This document shows positions 52,499-60,886 of a stretch of DNA of 64,000 nucleotides, one piece after another. Below the pieces are notes generated by a model, which was given only the letters and a program-made list of their open reading frames with translations, was not told the DNA's origin and did no database searches. The stretch covers positions 4,640,001-4,704,000 of the forward strand of contig CAWAIF010000003.1 in the NCBI GenBank assembly GCA_963782055.1. Reading direction: 5' to 3'. This DNA is from an uncultured delta proteobacterium (lineage in GTDB: Bacteria > Myxococcota_A > Polyangia > Polyangiales > Polyangiaceae). Numbering within the stretch: the first letter of the stretch is position 1; each line of letters starts with the position of its first letter. The translations under genes and the position numbers were made by a program.

Positions 52499-54022
52499 GT
52501 GGACATGAAGGAGGGCCAGACGATCGCCGGGAAGTACCGGCTGCATCACCTGCTCGGAACGGGCGGGATGGCCACCGTCTGGTCTGCGACCAACGTCTTC
52601 ACCGACCGCCAGTTCGCCATCAAGTTCCTGCTGCCCAACGTCGCCAAGACGCCCGAGGCCTCCCGCCGCTTCCTCATGGAGGCGAAGGTGAGCGGCCGCG
52701 TGCAGCACCCCAACATCATCGAGGTGATGGACGTCGGCCAGGCCGAGGACGGCGTGCTCTTTCTGGTGATGGAGCTCCTGCAGGGCGTCTCGCTGGAGAT
52801 GGCCATGCGCCAGCAGAGCCCGCCGATGAGCCTCTACGAGTTCGCCGGCGTGATGACCGACGTGGCGCGCGCCCTCGCGGCGGCGCACCGCGGCGGCGTC
52901 ATCCACCGCGACCTCAAGCCCTCCAACATCTTCATGCACAAGGACCGCGGCGGCATCGCGGTGCCCAAGGTGCTCGACTTCGGCGTCAGCAAGTTCCTCC
53001 TGGACGACGACCGCAACAACGCCCTCACCGTCGCCGGCACCGTGCTCGGCTCGCCGCTGTACATGAGCCCGGAGCAGGCCGTCGGCGCGAGCGACATCGA
53101 CCACCGCACCGACGTCTTCGCCTTCGGCGCCATCCTCTTCGAGGGCCTCTGCGGCTTCCGCGCCTACGACGCGCCCAACTTCAACGCGCTCATCGTCACC
53201 ATCGCCACCCAGCAGCCGAAGAGCATCGACCAGTACGGCGCGCACCTGCCGGAGAGCCTGCGCGCCATCGTGCGCGACTGCATGGTCACCGATCGCAAGA
53301 AGCGCATCGCCGGCTTCGATCAGGTCGTCGAGCGCATGACCGCGCTGCTCCCGGAGCTCGAGCACAACCCGCTGCGATTGCCGGCGCCCATCCAGCGCGA
53401 TTCCCGCCCCCCGCCGGACCCGGAGTCCACCAGCGCCATGCCGGCGATCGTCCGGCCGAGCGACAGGCCTCCCTCCTTCCACGAGGGGCCGCCGCCCGTC
53501 TCCGCGTCGCAGGCGCCCTGGGCCGGCTCCCTTCCCGGCGTCCGGCCGAAGCGCACCCCCGTGCTGCTCTTCGCCGCGGTGGGGATGCTCCTGGCCTCCA
53601 TCCTCATCGTGGGCGTGCTCGTGCTGGCCGTCGCGCGCCGGCACTTCCGCTCGGTCGCCGCCGCGGCGTCCACGCCCGCCGCGGCTTCGGTCGTCGCGCA
53701 GGCCGACCCCGCGCCCACCACCTCCGCCTCGGCGGACGTCCCCGTCATCAACATCGACTCGCTGCCGGTCGCGTCGGCGTCCGCCTCGAAGCACACCGTC
53801 GTCCCGCGCGGCCGGGGCCGCCTCTACGTCGACGCGTCGCCGCACTGGTGCACCGTCAGCGTCGACGGCAAGGTTCGCGGCCCGACGCCCCTCGCCAACC
53901 TGAGCGTATCTGCCGGCCCGCACACCCTGCGGTGCGAGACCTCCGGCGGCGTCGCCAAGACCGTCACCATCACCGTCTACGGAGGGCAGACGGTGCGCCA
54001 CAAGTTCGCGACGAGCCCCTGA
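52499..54022 (+). CDS. Membrane Ser/Thr protein kinase with C-terminal PEGA-like domain
   Basis: LGTGGMATV, AIK, HRDLKPSN, DFG, YMSPE, TM, VSVDGKVRGPTP. Confidence 0.95.
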   Translation: MDMKEGQTIAGKYRLHHLLGTGGMATVWSATNVFTDRQFAIKFLLPNVAKTPEASRRFLMEAKVSGRVQHPNIIEVMDVGQAEDGVLFLVMELLQGVSLEMAMRQQSPPMSLYEFAGVMTDVARALAAAHRGGVIHRDLKPSNIFMHKDRGGIAVPKVLDFGVSKFLLDDDRNNALTVAGTVLGSPLYMSPEQAVGASDIDHRTDVFAFGAILFEGLCGFRAYDAPNFNALIVTIATQQPKSIDQYGAHLPESLRAIVRDCMVTDRKKRIAGFDQVVERMTALLPELEHNPLRLPAPIQRDSRPPPDPESTSAMPAIVRPSDRPPSFHEGPPPVSASQAPWAGSLPGVRPKRTPVLLFAAVGMLLASILIVGVLVLAVARRHFRSVAAAASTPAAASVVAQADPAPTTSASADVPVINIDSLPVASASASKHTVVPRGRGRLYVDASPHWCTVSVDGKVRGPTPLANLSVSAGPHTLRCETSGGVAKTVTITVYGGQTVRHKFATSP

Positions 54023-54027
54023 GCGCC

Positions 54028-55185
54028 ATGTCGCCGCCGCGCCCGCGCACGGTCGCCGTCGCCTGTGCAGCCTTCGGGGTGCTCGTGGCGGCCCGCTGCT
54101 CGCGGCCCCCCAACGGCCCGCCGGAGCCGCGGGCCGGGGGCGACGCGACCATCGGCCCGGCGCCGGACATCGCCCCCGCGCAGGACGCCGCAGACGAGGC
54201 GCCGTACCTGGACGCGACCGGCGCCCTCCTGGACGCCGCGAGCGACGCGCCGGACGACGCGGACCTCGCGGACATCGACGCCGAACCGCCGGACGACCCG
54301 ATGGCCCTGCACCAGGACACCCGCGCCGGCCTGCTCGCCCTCATCGACCTGCGCGACTTCACCCCCGCGCAGCTCAAGGTCGTGCGGCCGGACATCTTCC
54401 TGCGCCTCAACGTGGGCCCCGCCGTCACGCGCATGAACCAGGGCAACAAGGCCATCGCCCACCACGCGATCGGCCGCCGCGCCTGCTTGCGCGGCTTGCA
54501 AGGCGTGGTGCTGCAGACGCCGGAGCAGCGCGCGCGCTGCGGCGCGCCCTACATGGTGCCCATCTACAAGAAGGGCGACCCGAAGAGCGCACACTACTGC
54601 ATGGACATCTTCGAGTTCCCGGACAAGCCGTGCGAGCTGCCCTTCGTCTGGGCGGCGCCCACCCACGCGGCCACCATGTGCGCGCTGCAGGGCAAGCGCC
54701 TCTGCACCGAGGCGGAGTGGAACCTGGCGTGCCGCGCCGACCCCGCCGGCGGCGCGGACACGACCTACGCCTACGGCGACGAGCTCGACCTCACCATCTG
54801 CAACACCGACAAGCCGCGCGGCGCGAGCAACAAGTGCCGCCCGGCCACGGCGAAGATGGCGTGGGAGACGTGCAGCACCGACACCGAGCCCTCCGGCGCC
54901 TTCCCCCGGTGCCGCTCGCGCTTCGGCGTCTACGATCAGCACGGCAACGTCGCCGAGATCATGACCCGCCACGACAAGAACGGGACGCTGGTCTCGCAGC
55001 TCAAGGGCAGCGCATTCTTCTACGCCGAGGTCGCGCAGAAGCCCGGCGAGCGCGGCCGCCCCGGCAGCTACCCCGACCACTGCAACTTCGACCCCCGCTG
55101 GCATGTCGAGGCGATGGACCACGCCTGGCACGTCAACTACCACCTGGGCTTCCGCTGCTGTAAGTCGATCCCCCCCGAGCCTTGA
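54028..55185 (+). CDS. FGE-sulfatase domain lipoprotein
   Basis: YCMDIFE, GKRLCTEAEW, YDQHGNVAE, GFRCC. Confidence 0.8.
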   Translation: MSPPRPRTVAVACAAFGVLVAARCSRPPNGPPEPRAGGDATIGPAPDIAPAQDAADEAPYLDATGALLDAASDAPDDADLADIDAEPPDDPMALHQDTRAGLLALIDLRDFTPAQLKVVRPDIFLRLNVGPAVTRMNQGNKAIAHHAIGRRACLRGLQGVVLQTPEQRARCGAPYMVPIYKKGDPKSAHYCMDIFEFPDKPCELPFVWAAPTHAATMCALQGKRLCTEAEWNLACRADPAGGADTTYAYGDELDLTICNTDKPRGASNKCRPATAKMAWETCSTDTEPSGAFPRCRSRFGVYDQHGNVAEIMTRHDKNGTLVSQLKGSAFFYAEVAQKPGERGRPGSYPDHCNFDPRWHVEAMDHAWHVNYHLGFRCCKSIPPEP

Positions 55186-55205
55186 GCCGTAGCCGGGGCT
55201 GCGGG

Positions 55206-56009
55206 CTACAGCCCGCCGAGCAGCACGCCGCGCTCGCCCAGATCCGCCAGCAGCCGCGCCACCGACGCCAGCACCTCGTCGTCCATCGCGCGCCCGCGCT
55301 CCTCGCACGCGCCCTTCACCGCGTCGCCCAGCGCCTCCCCGCGCTCCACCCGCGCGATCACCGAGTACGCCAGCGGCGAGAGCTCCAGGAAGCGCACCGC
55401 GTGCTCCTCGTCGCGGTACGCGAGCAGGAAGGTCTCCCCCGCCTCCGGCGTCTCGCGGGCATCCTCCTCGGCGGAGAGCCGGTGCACCGCGTGCCCGAGC
55501 GCGAGCAGCCGCATCACGGCGGTGAGCACCAGCGGCCGGTCCAGCGCCAGCTCGGCGAGGCCCGGCGGCTCGGCCAGGTCCGGCGCGGACGCGACGGCGA
55601 CCTCGGCCAGCTCCAGCTCGGCGAGATCGGCCAGGTACCCGGGCAGCTCGGCGCGCGCGCGCCATCGCGGCGACGCCCACGCCACGAGCTCGCCCGGCAC
55701 GTCCTTGACGTAGTGCGTGCGCGGCCCGACCTCGTGCAGGAAGGCGTCGACCTCGGCGTCGAAGGCGCCCTCCTGCGCGGCGTTCATGCGCGCGCGCGTG
55801 CGCGCGAGCAGCCGGTAGACCACCCCCTCCAGGGTGTTTCGCACCAGCCGCCGGTAGATGGCGAGCCGCGCCGGCATCATCGCGTCGATGTCGCGGGCGT
55901 CGACCCCGCGCCGCTCCAGGAAGCCGCGCGGATCGCGCGCCAGCTCTTCCCCGGCGCCCTCCTGGAGGCAAGCATCGGCGATGGCCTGCTGCAGGCTGCG
56001 GTCCGCCAT
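55206..56009 (-). CDS. DUF2063-like MNIO partner (putative RiPP recognition protein)
   Basis: RLAIYRRLVRN, LPGYLADLAELE, HAVHRL, LAYRD...VRFLEL; coupled to the DUF692 gene. Confidence 0.75.
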   Translation of the reverse strand: MADRSLQQAIADACLQEGAGEELARDPRGFLERRGVDARDIDAMMPARLAIYRRLVRNTLEGVVYRLLARTRARMNAAQEGAFDAEVDAFLHEVGPRTHYVKDVPGELVAWASPRWRARAELPGYLADLAELELAEVAVASAPDLAEPPGLAELALDRPLVLTAVMRLLALGHAVHRLSAEEDARETPEAGETFLLAYRDEEHAVRFLELSPLAYSVIARVERGEALGDAVKGACEERGRAMDDEVLASVARLLADLGERGVLLGGL

Positions 56010-56896
56010 CACCCCGTCCGCTCTCGTTCCCCCTCCCCCTCCAGCGGGAGGGAGGCCGGGAGGGTGAGTCCGCGGATGCGCTCGATCTCCGCGAGCAGCC
56101 CTGCCAGGGGCGGCACGTTGTTGTCGCGCTCCAGCACGATGGGCACCGGGCCGGTGCGCGGCAGCACGCGCCCGAGCAGCGCGAGCACCGGATCGCAGAC
56201 GTCGGCGCCGTGCGTGTCCAGGACGATCGAGCCGCTCGCGCCCGGCACGAAGTCGCCCTCGTCGAAGTGCTCGTGCCCCGCCACGTGGATCTGCACCGTG
56301 CGCTCCAGCGGCGCGACGCGCAGCCACTCGTCGACGTCGAAGCCGAAGTTGTGCGCGTTCACGTAGGCGTTGTTCACGTCCAGCATCAGCCCGCAGTCCG
56401 CGCGATCGCACACCCGCGCGATGAACTCCGGCTCGCTCATGCCCCGCGCGCCGGGGTGGACGTAGAAGCTGATGTTCTCGACGGCCATCGGCACGCCCAG
56501 CGTGTCCTGCGCGCGCCGCACCCTCTCGGCGACGCGATCGGCGGTGGCCTCGGTGAACCCGAGCGGGAGCAGATCGTGGAGCATGACGCCGCGCGCGGAG
56601 CCGAAGCAGAGGTGATCGGAGTGCCAGGGAGCGCGCACGTCCCGGAGGAAGGCGCGGAGCTCGCGCAGGTATTCGGCATCCAGCGGGTCGGCGCCGCCGA
56701 GCGACATGGTGAGCCCGTGCGTGAGGACGGGGAAGCGCCCGGCCAGGTGCGAGAGCGCGGCAGGGAAGTAGCCCCCGCGGCGCATGTAGTTCTCCGGCGA
56801 GATCTCCAGGAAGTCGATGGGCCGGGTGGTCTCGGCGTCGGCGGCGAGGAGCTCGTCGATGAACTCCCACCGCAGCCCGAGGCCGACGCCCCTCAT
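56009..56896 (-). CDS. DUF692-family multinuclear non-heme iron oxidase (MNIO)
   Basis: GLGLR, EISPENY, HGLTMSLG, SDHL, HDLLPL, VENIS, LDVNNAYVN, IHVAGH, DTHG, LERD. Confidence 0.93.
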   Translation of the reverse strand: MRGVGLGLRWEFIDELLAADAETTRPIDFLEISPENYMRRGGYFPAALSHLAGRFPVLTHGLTMSLGGADPLDAEYLRELRAFLRDVRAPWHSDHLCFGSARGVMLHDLLPLGFTEATADRVAERVRRAQDTLGVPMAVENISFYVHPGARGMSEPEFIARVCDRADCGLMLDVNNAYVNAHNFGFDVDEWLRVAPLERTVQIHVAGHEHFDEGDFVPGASGSIVLDTHGADVCDPVLALLGRVLPRTGPVPIVLERDNNVPPLAGLLAEIERIRGLTLPASLPLEGEGERERTG

Positions 56897-56899
56897 GCC

Positions 56900-57382
56900 C
56901 TACTTCTTCTTCGGGTCCGCCGCGCAGGTGCCCGCGCCGCAGCTCGCGTTGGCCGCCTTGGGCGACTTGTGCTTCGGCGGGGTGTGCTTCTTCGGCTTCG
57001 GCGGAGGCGTCGTGGTCGCGGTCGTCGGGGCGGGCGGCGGCTTCGCGTCCTTCGACGCATCGGTGGGCTGTACCCCGTCGCCCGAGCCGCTCGCCGCGCC
57101 CGAGGGCGGCGTGGTGCTCGCCGTGTCGCCCAGCGCGCCGCCACCCTTCGGCGTGGCCCCGCAGGACGCCGCCGGCGTGTCGGGCGCGGCCTTCGGCTTG
57201 GCGCCGCAGCTCGCGTTCGACGAGCCGGCGTTGCCGCCGTTCTGCGTGGAGGTGACCTCGGTGGAGCTCGCCGGCGACTGCGCGGCGGGCGCGGCGCCCC
57301 CGCAGGCGGCGAGCACGACGGCCGAGCTGCCCAGCGCGGCGAGCGTGGAGGCGATGTTCTTGAGCGAGAGGTTGGGACGCAT
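56900..57382 (-). CDS. Putative RiPP precursor lipoprotein with ASCGA repeats
   Basis: GAGGAG SD, LAAC lipobox, low-complexity body with NASCGA, AASCGA, NASCGAGTCAA; ends 3 nt before the MNIO start. Confidence 0.8.
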   Translation of the reverse strand: MRPNLSLKNIASTLAALGSSAVVLAACGGAAPAAQSPASSTEVTSTQNGGNAGSSNASCGAKPKAAPDTPAASCGATPKGGGALGDTASTTPPSGAASGSGDGVQPTDASKDAKPPPAPTTATTTPPPKPKKHTPPKHKSPKAANASCGAGTCAADPKKK

Positions 57383-57402
57383 GCGGTGTGGGCTCCTCTT
57401 CT

Positions 57403-58209
57403 TCAGTCTACATGTCCGAGCGTGGCGTGCAGGTCGAGCGTGACGTCGGCCGTCTTGGCGACCTTGGCGACGAGGCTGGTGGTCCACGCGGTGAGCTTGC
57501 CGATGTTGTCGCGCGGCTTCACGTCGTGCTCGGCGAGGGTCACCTCCATCGGTTTTTTACTACGCACGTCCACCTTCGTTGGTTTCGACGTGGGGGTGCT
57601 GCCGGCAGCGTAGTGGAAGCGCGCCTCCACCGGCACGTCCTTCTGGACCTTGTGGCCGTGGAGCAGGAAGTCGCCGTGCACCGTGGCCGTGACGGTGCGG
57701 ATGTCCTCGCCGCTCTCGCTCTTGGGAGGGACCTTCGACAGATCGGTGGCGCTCAGGCCGTCGACCGACTGGATGGCGAAGACCACGTACTGGTTGGCCG
57801 CCTTGGTCTTGGCGTCGGCGATGTCCCCCACCTCGAGCCAGTTGCGGGCGTGACGCGTCTGCGTGTCGTTCTTGTCCTGGTCGTCGGCGAAGGTGTGCAT
57901 CGTCAGGGTCGTCAGGTCCACCTTCACCTCGCCGCGGGTGTTGGCGAGGTTCCCCAGGTCGATCTGGAGCTGGCCGCCGGCGGCGTCGGTGTCGGCCTTG
58001 ATCTCCTCCTTCAGGCCGGCCATGTCCACGCTGGTCTTGCTCTTGGGGTCGATGTCGTACGTCACCACCATCGCGCTGGCCGGCGGCGCGGCGGCGCTCA
58101 CCGCGCTGGCGGAGGCGGCGAGGTTCACCGGCGGGTCCTTCTTCGAGCACGCAAAGAGCAGCGCGCCCGCCGTCACCACGCCCAGAGCCATCACACCTGC
58201 TCGCTTCAT
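57403..58209 (-). CDS. YceI-like lipoprotein
   Basis: LFAC lipobox; GQLQIDLGNLANTRGEVKVDLTTL and VHGDFLLHG resemble the YceI barrel. Confidence 0.7.
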   Translation of the reverse strand: MKRAGVMALGVVTAGALLFACSKKDPPVNLAASASAVSAAAPPASAMVVTYDIDPKSKTSVDMAGLKEEIKADTDAAGGQLQIDLGNLANTRGEVKVDLTTLTMHTFADDQDKNDTQTRHARNWLEVGDIADAKTKAANQYVVFAIQSVDGLSATDLSKVPPKSESGEDIRTVTATVHGDFLLHGHKVQKDVPVEARFHYAAGSTPTSKPTKVDVRSKKPMEVTLAEHDVKPRDNIGKLTAWTTSLVAKVAKTADVTLDLHATLGHVD

Positions 58210-58250
58210 CGATCGCTTTCCTTCCGGCCCCCCGCGAGGGCACCCTATCC

Positions 58251-58276
58251 TACGCGCTCACCCTCTTCTGGTTTCA
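58251..58276 (-). promoter_or_regulatory. ECF-sigma-type promoter (TGAAAC-N16-CGTA)
   Basis: Minus strand TGAAAC-cagaagagggtgagcg-CGTA, about 40 nt upstream of the YceI-like start. Confidence 0.6.
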
Positions 58277-58437
58277 TCGCCTTCGGTGGAGCCTGCGGCT
58301 TGGCCCCAAATTCGCGGACTTTGCGCGGGAGAAGGGTTGCCGTCCAGCCACGAACTTGGCATTCTCCATCACCGTGGCACTGTCATATTCCAGCCTGGGC
58401 GTGGCCCGGCGGATGGTGCCACGAGCGGAGGTGGCCG

Positions 58438-60723
58438 GTGAACGCACGCGCCTGGATCTCGACCCTGTTGTTCGCTCTGGCGCTGCTGGCGGGCGCCTTC
58501 TCCGCGGGCTGCGGCAGCGAGGACCCCATCTCGGTGTTCGACAGCGGCACCGGACAGGACGCGCAGGTCGTCGGGCCGACAGACGCGACGACCTCCGATG
58601 ACAGCCCCTTCTTCCAGAACGACGCGGGCACCACCACCGCGATCACCATCCAGCCGGCAGACCCTGTCGTCGACGTGACCATCGCCGACGGGGTGCTCTC
58701 GACCACGCCGCTCACCTTCCAGGCCATCGCCAACAACACCAGCTCGCCCGTCGCCGCGTCCTTCACCCTGGACCGCGGGGAGCTCGGCGATCTCGTCGCT
58801 GCCACCGGCGTCTTCACCGCGAGCGGCAACGTCAGCGGCACCGGGACGGTCACGGCGACCTTCCAGAACCTCAAGGCCACCACCACGGTGACCGTGCACG
58901 TCACCATCACGCAGAACGGCAAGCCGCAGCTCGACGGCGGCGTGCCCGACGGCGGCACCCTCGGGGGCAACAACGGCGTCGGCGGCAACGACTACGGCGA
59001 CCCGGTGGACAACACCACCAAGACGATCCTCGACGGCCAGGCCCAGAAGCCCCAGAACCAGGCGGAGCTCGGCTGGCTCTACCCGTACGACAAGACAGTC
59101 TGGCCGCGCGGGGTGCTCGCCCCGCTGCTGCAGTGGCAGACGACGCACACCATCCAGGCGGTGCGCATCCACCTGGAGCAGAAGAACTTCACCTTCGACG
59201 GCTATTACGCGGGCAACGCGCTGATCAACGAGCCCGTCGACCAGACGGCGTGGAAGAAGGCGCTCTACGGCAACGGGGGCGACCCGCTCCACGTCGACCT
59301 CTACGTGACCGACGGCACCACCAACTTCGGCCCCATCTCGGAGGACTGGCTGGTGGCGCCCGGCACGCTGAAGGGCACCGTCTACTACAACTCGTACAAC
59401 TCGCGGCTCACGACCGGCTCCAACGGGGTGGTGCTCTCCATCAAGCCGGGGGCGGTGGCGCCGGACCTGGCCGTCCCGGGCACCGACACCAAGTGCCACG
59501 TCTGCCACGAGGTCTCCAGCGACGGCTCGACGCTCTTCGTCCAGGACGACACCTACTCCGACGGCGCCTCGTACGACCTCACCAACAACAACGGCACGCC
59601 CATCGCGACGTACAGCGGCACCGCCTCCGACGGCACGTCCAACAACCGCAAGTTCCTCTGGTCGGGCGTCTACCCCGACGGCACCTTCGCCATGAGCAAC
59701 GCGCGGCACGCGCGCGAGCACGCCAGCATCGACTCCAACCTCTTCAAGCGCTCCGACGGCACCAAGATCGCCACCAGCGGGTGGACGAGCGCGGTGACCT
59801 CCGCCGTCACGCCCGCCTTCTCCCCGGACGGCAAGCGCCTCGCCTTCAACTTCTGGGAGGGCCCCGGCGCCAACGGCGTGACCGCCGGCGCGGGCCACTC
59901 GCTCGACATCATCGACTTCGACTGCGGCCAGGCCGATGGCGGCAAGACGTGCGGCAGCCCCCCGTACGCCTTCTCCAACCTCCGTGAGCTCTACAAGGAC
60001 AGCAACCGCTGGGTGGGCTGGCCGGGCTTCACGCCCGACGGCCAGGGCATCGTCTTCCACGACACCGTCAAGGCGGGGAGCTGCGGCGACTGCGAGATCG
60101 CCACGTGGAACGGCGCGCAGGCGGAGCTCTGGTACACCGACGTCGCGCAGAACAACAAGCCGGTGCGCATGAACGCGCTCGATGGCCTGGACGCCAACAA
60201 CACGAGCTACCTGCCCACCAACAACAAGCACCCCGACGACACCATCCTCAACTACGAGCCGACGGTGAACCCCATCGCCTCCGGCGGGTACTTCTGGGTG
60301 GTGTTCACCACCCGGCGCATGTACGGCAACGTCGCCGCGGGCGATCCGTACGACAACGGCAACGGCACCTACCCCATCCCCAAGAAGCTCTGGGTCGCCG
60401 CGGTGGACATCAACCCGACGCCCGGCACCGATCCCTCGCACCCCGCCTTCTACCTGCCCGGCCAGGAGATCAACGCGGGCAACCTGCGCGGCTTCTGGGT
60501 CGTCGACCCCTGCAAGTCCAACGGCAACACCTGCGAGACCGGCGACGAGTGCTGCGGCGGCTTCTGCCGCAAGGACCCCGAGGGTGGCGGCTACGTCTGC
60601 ACCGACACGCCGCCCCCCGGCTGCTCGCAGGAGTTCGAGAAGTGCTCGAGCGATGGCGACTGCTGCGGCAACCCGCAGATCAAGTGCATCAACGGGTTCT
60701 GCGCGAAGCCCAAGCCGAACTGA
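58438..60723 (+). CDS. TolB-like (PD40) beta-propeller lipoprotein with CxxCH and Cys-rich tail, paralogue 1
   Basis: GGAGGT SD, SAGC lipobox, PAFSPDGK, PGFTPDG, CHVCH, C-terminal CC-rich modules. Confidence 0.8.
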   Translation: MNARAWISTLLFALALLAGAFSAGCGSEDPISVFDSGTGQDAQVVGPTDATTSDDSPFFQNDAGTTTAITIQPADPVVDVTIADGVLSTTPLTFQAIANNTSSPVAASFTLDRGELGDLVAATGVFTASGNVSGTGTVTATFQNLKATTTVTVHVTITQNGKPQLDGGVPDGGTLGGNNGVGGNDYGDPVDNTTKTILDGQAQKPQNQAELGWLYPYDKTVWPRGVLAPLLQWQTTHTIQAVRIHLEQKNFTFDGYYAGNALINEPVDQTAWKKALYGNGGDPLHVDLYVTDGTTNFGPISEDWLVAPGTLKGTVYYNSYNSRLTTGSNGVVLSIKPGAVAPDLAVPGTDTKCHVCHEVSSDGSTLFVQDDTYSDGASYDLTNNNGTPIATYSGTASDGTSNNRKFLWSGVYPDGTFAMSNARHAREHASIDSNLFKRSDGTKIATSGWTSAVTSAVTPAFSPDGKRLAFNFWEGPGANGVTAGAGHSLDIIDFDCGQADGGKTCGSPPYAFSNLRELYKDSNRWVGWPGFTPDGQGIVFHDTVKAGSCGDCEIATWNGAQAELWYTDVAQNNKPVRMNALDGLDANNTSYLPTNNKHPDDTILNYEPTVNPIASGGYFWVVFTTRRMYGNVAAGDPYDNGNGTYPIPKKLWVAAVDINPTPGTDPSHPAFYLPGQEINAGNLRGFWVVDPCKSNGNTCETGDECCGGFCRKDPEGGGYVCTDTPPPGCSQEFEKCSSDGDCCGNPQIKCINGFCAKPKPN

Positions 60724-60886
60724 GCGCCCGCACGGAGCGCTGCGGGTGGTGGTGGGACGAAGATCCACCAGGCGTGCGTCCCTCGCGACCTGTCGCGAGC
60801 TGATTCGAGGGAAGGGAGCCGGGTTGACCCCTGGCACCCTCCGTGCTTTGCGCGGCGGCGGAAGTTTGCGTCCGCACTGGAGCCCC

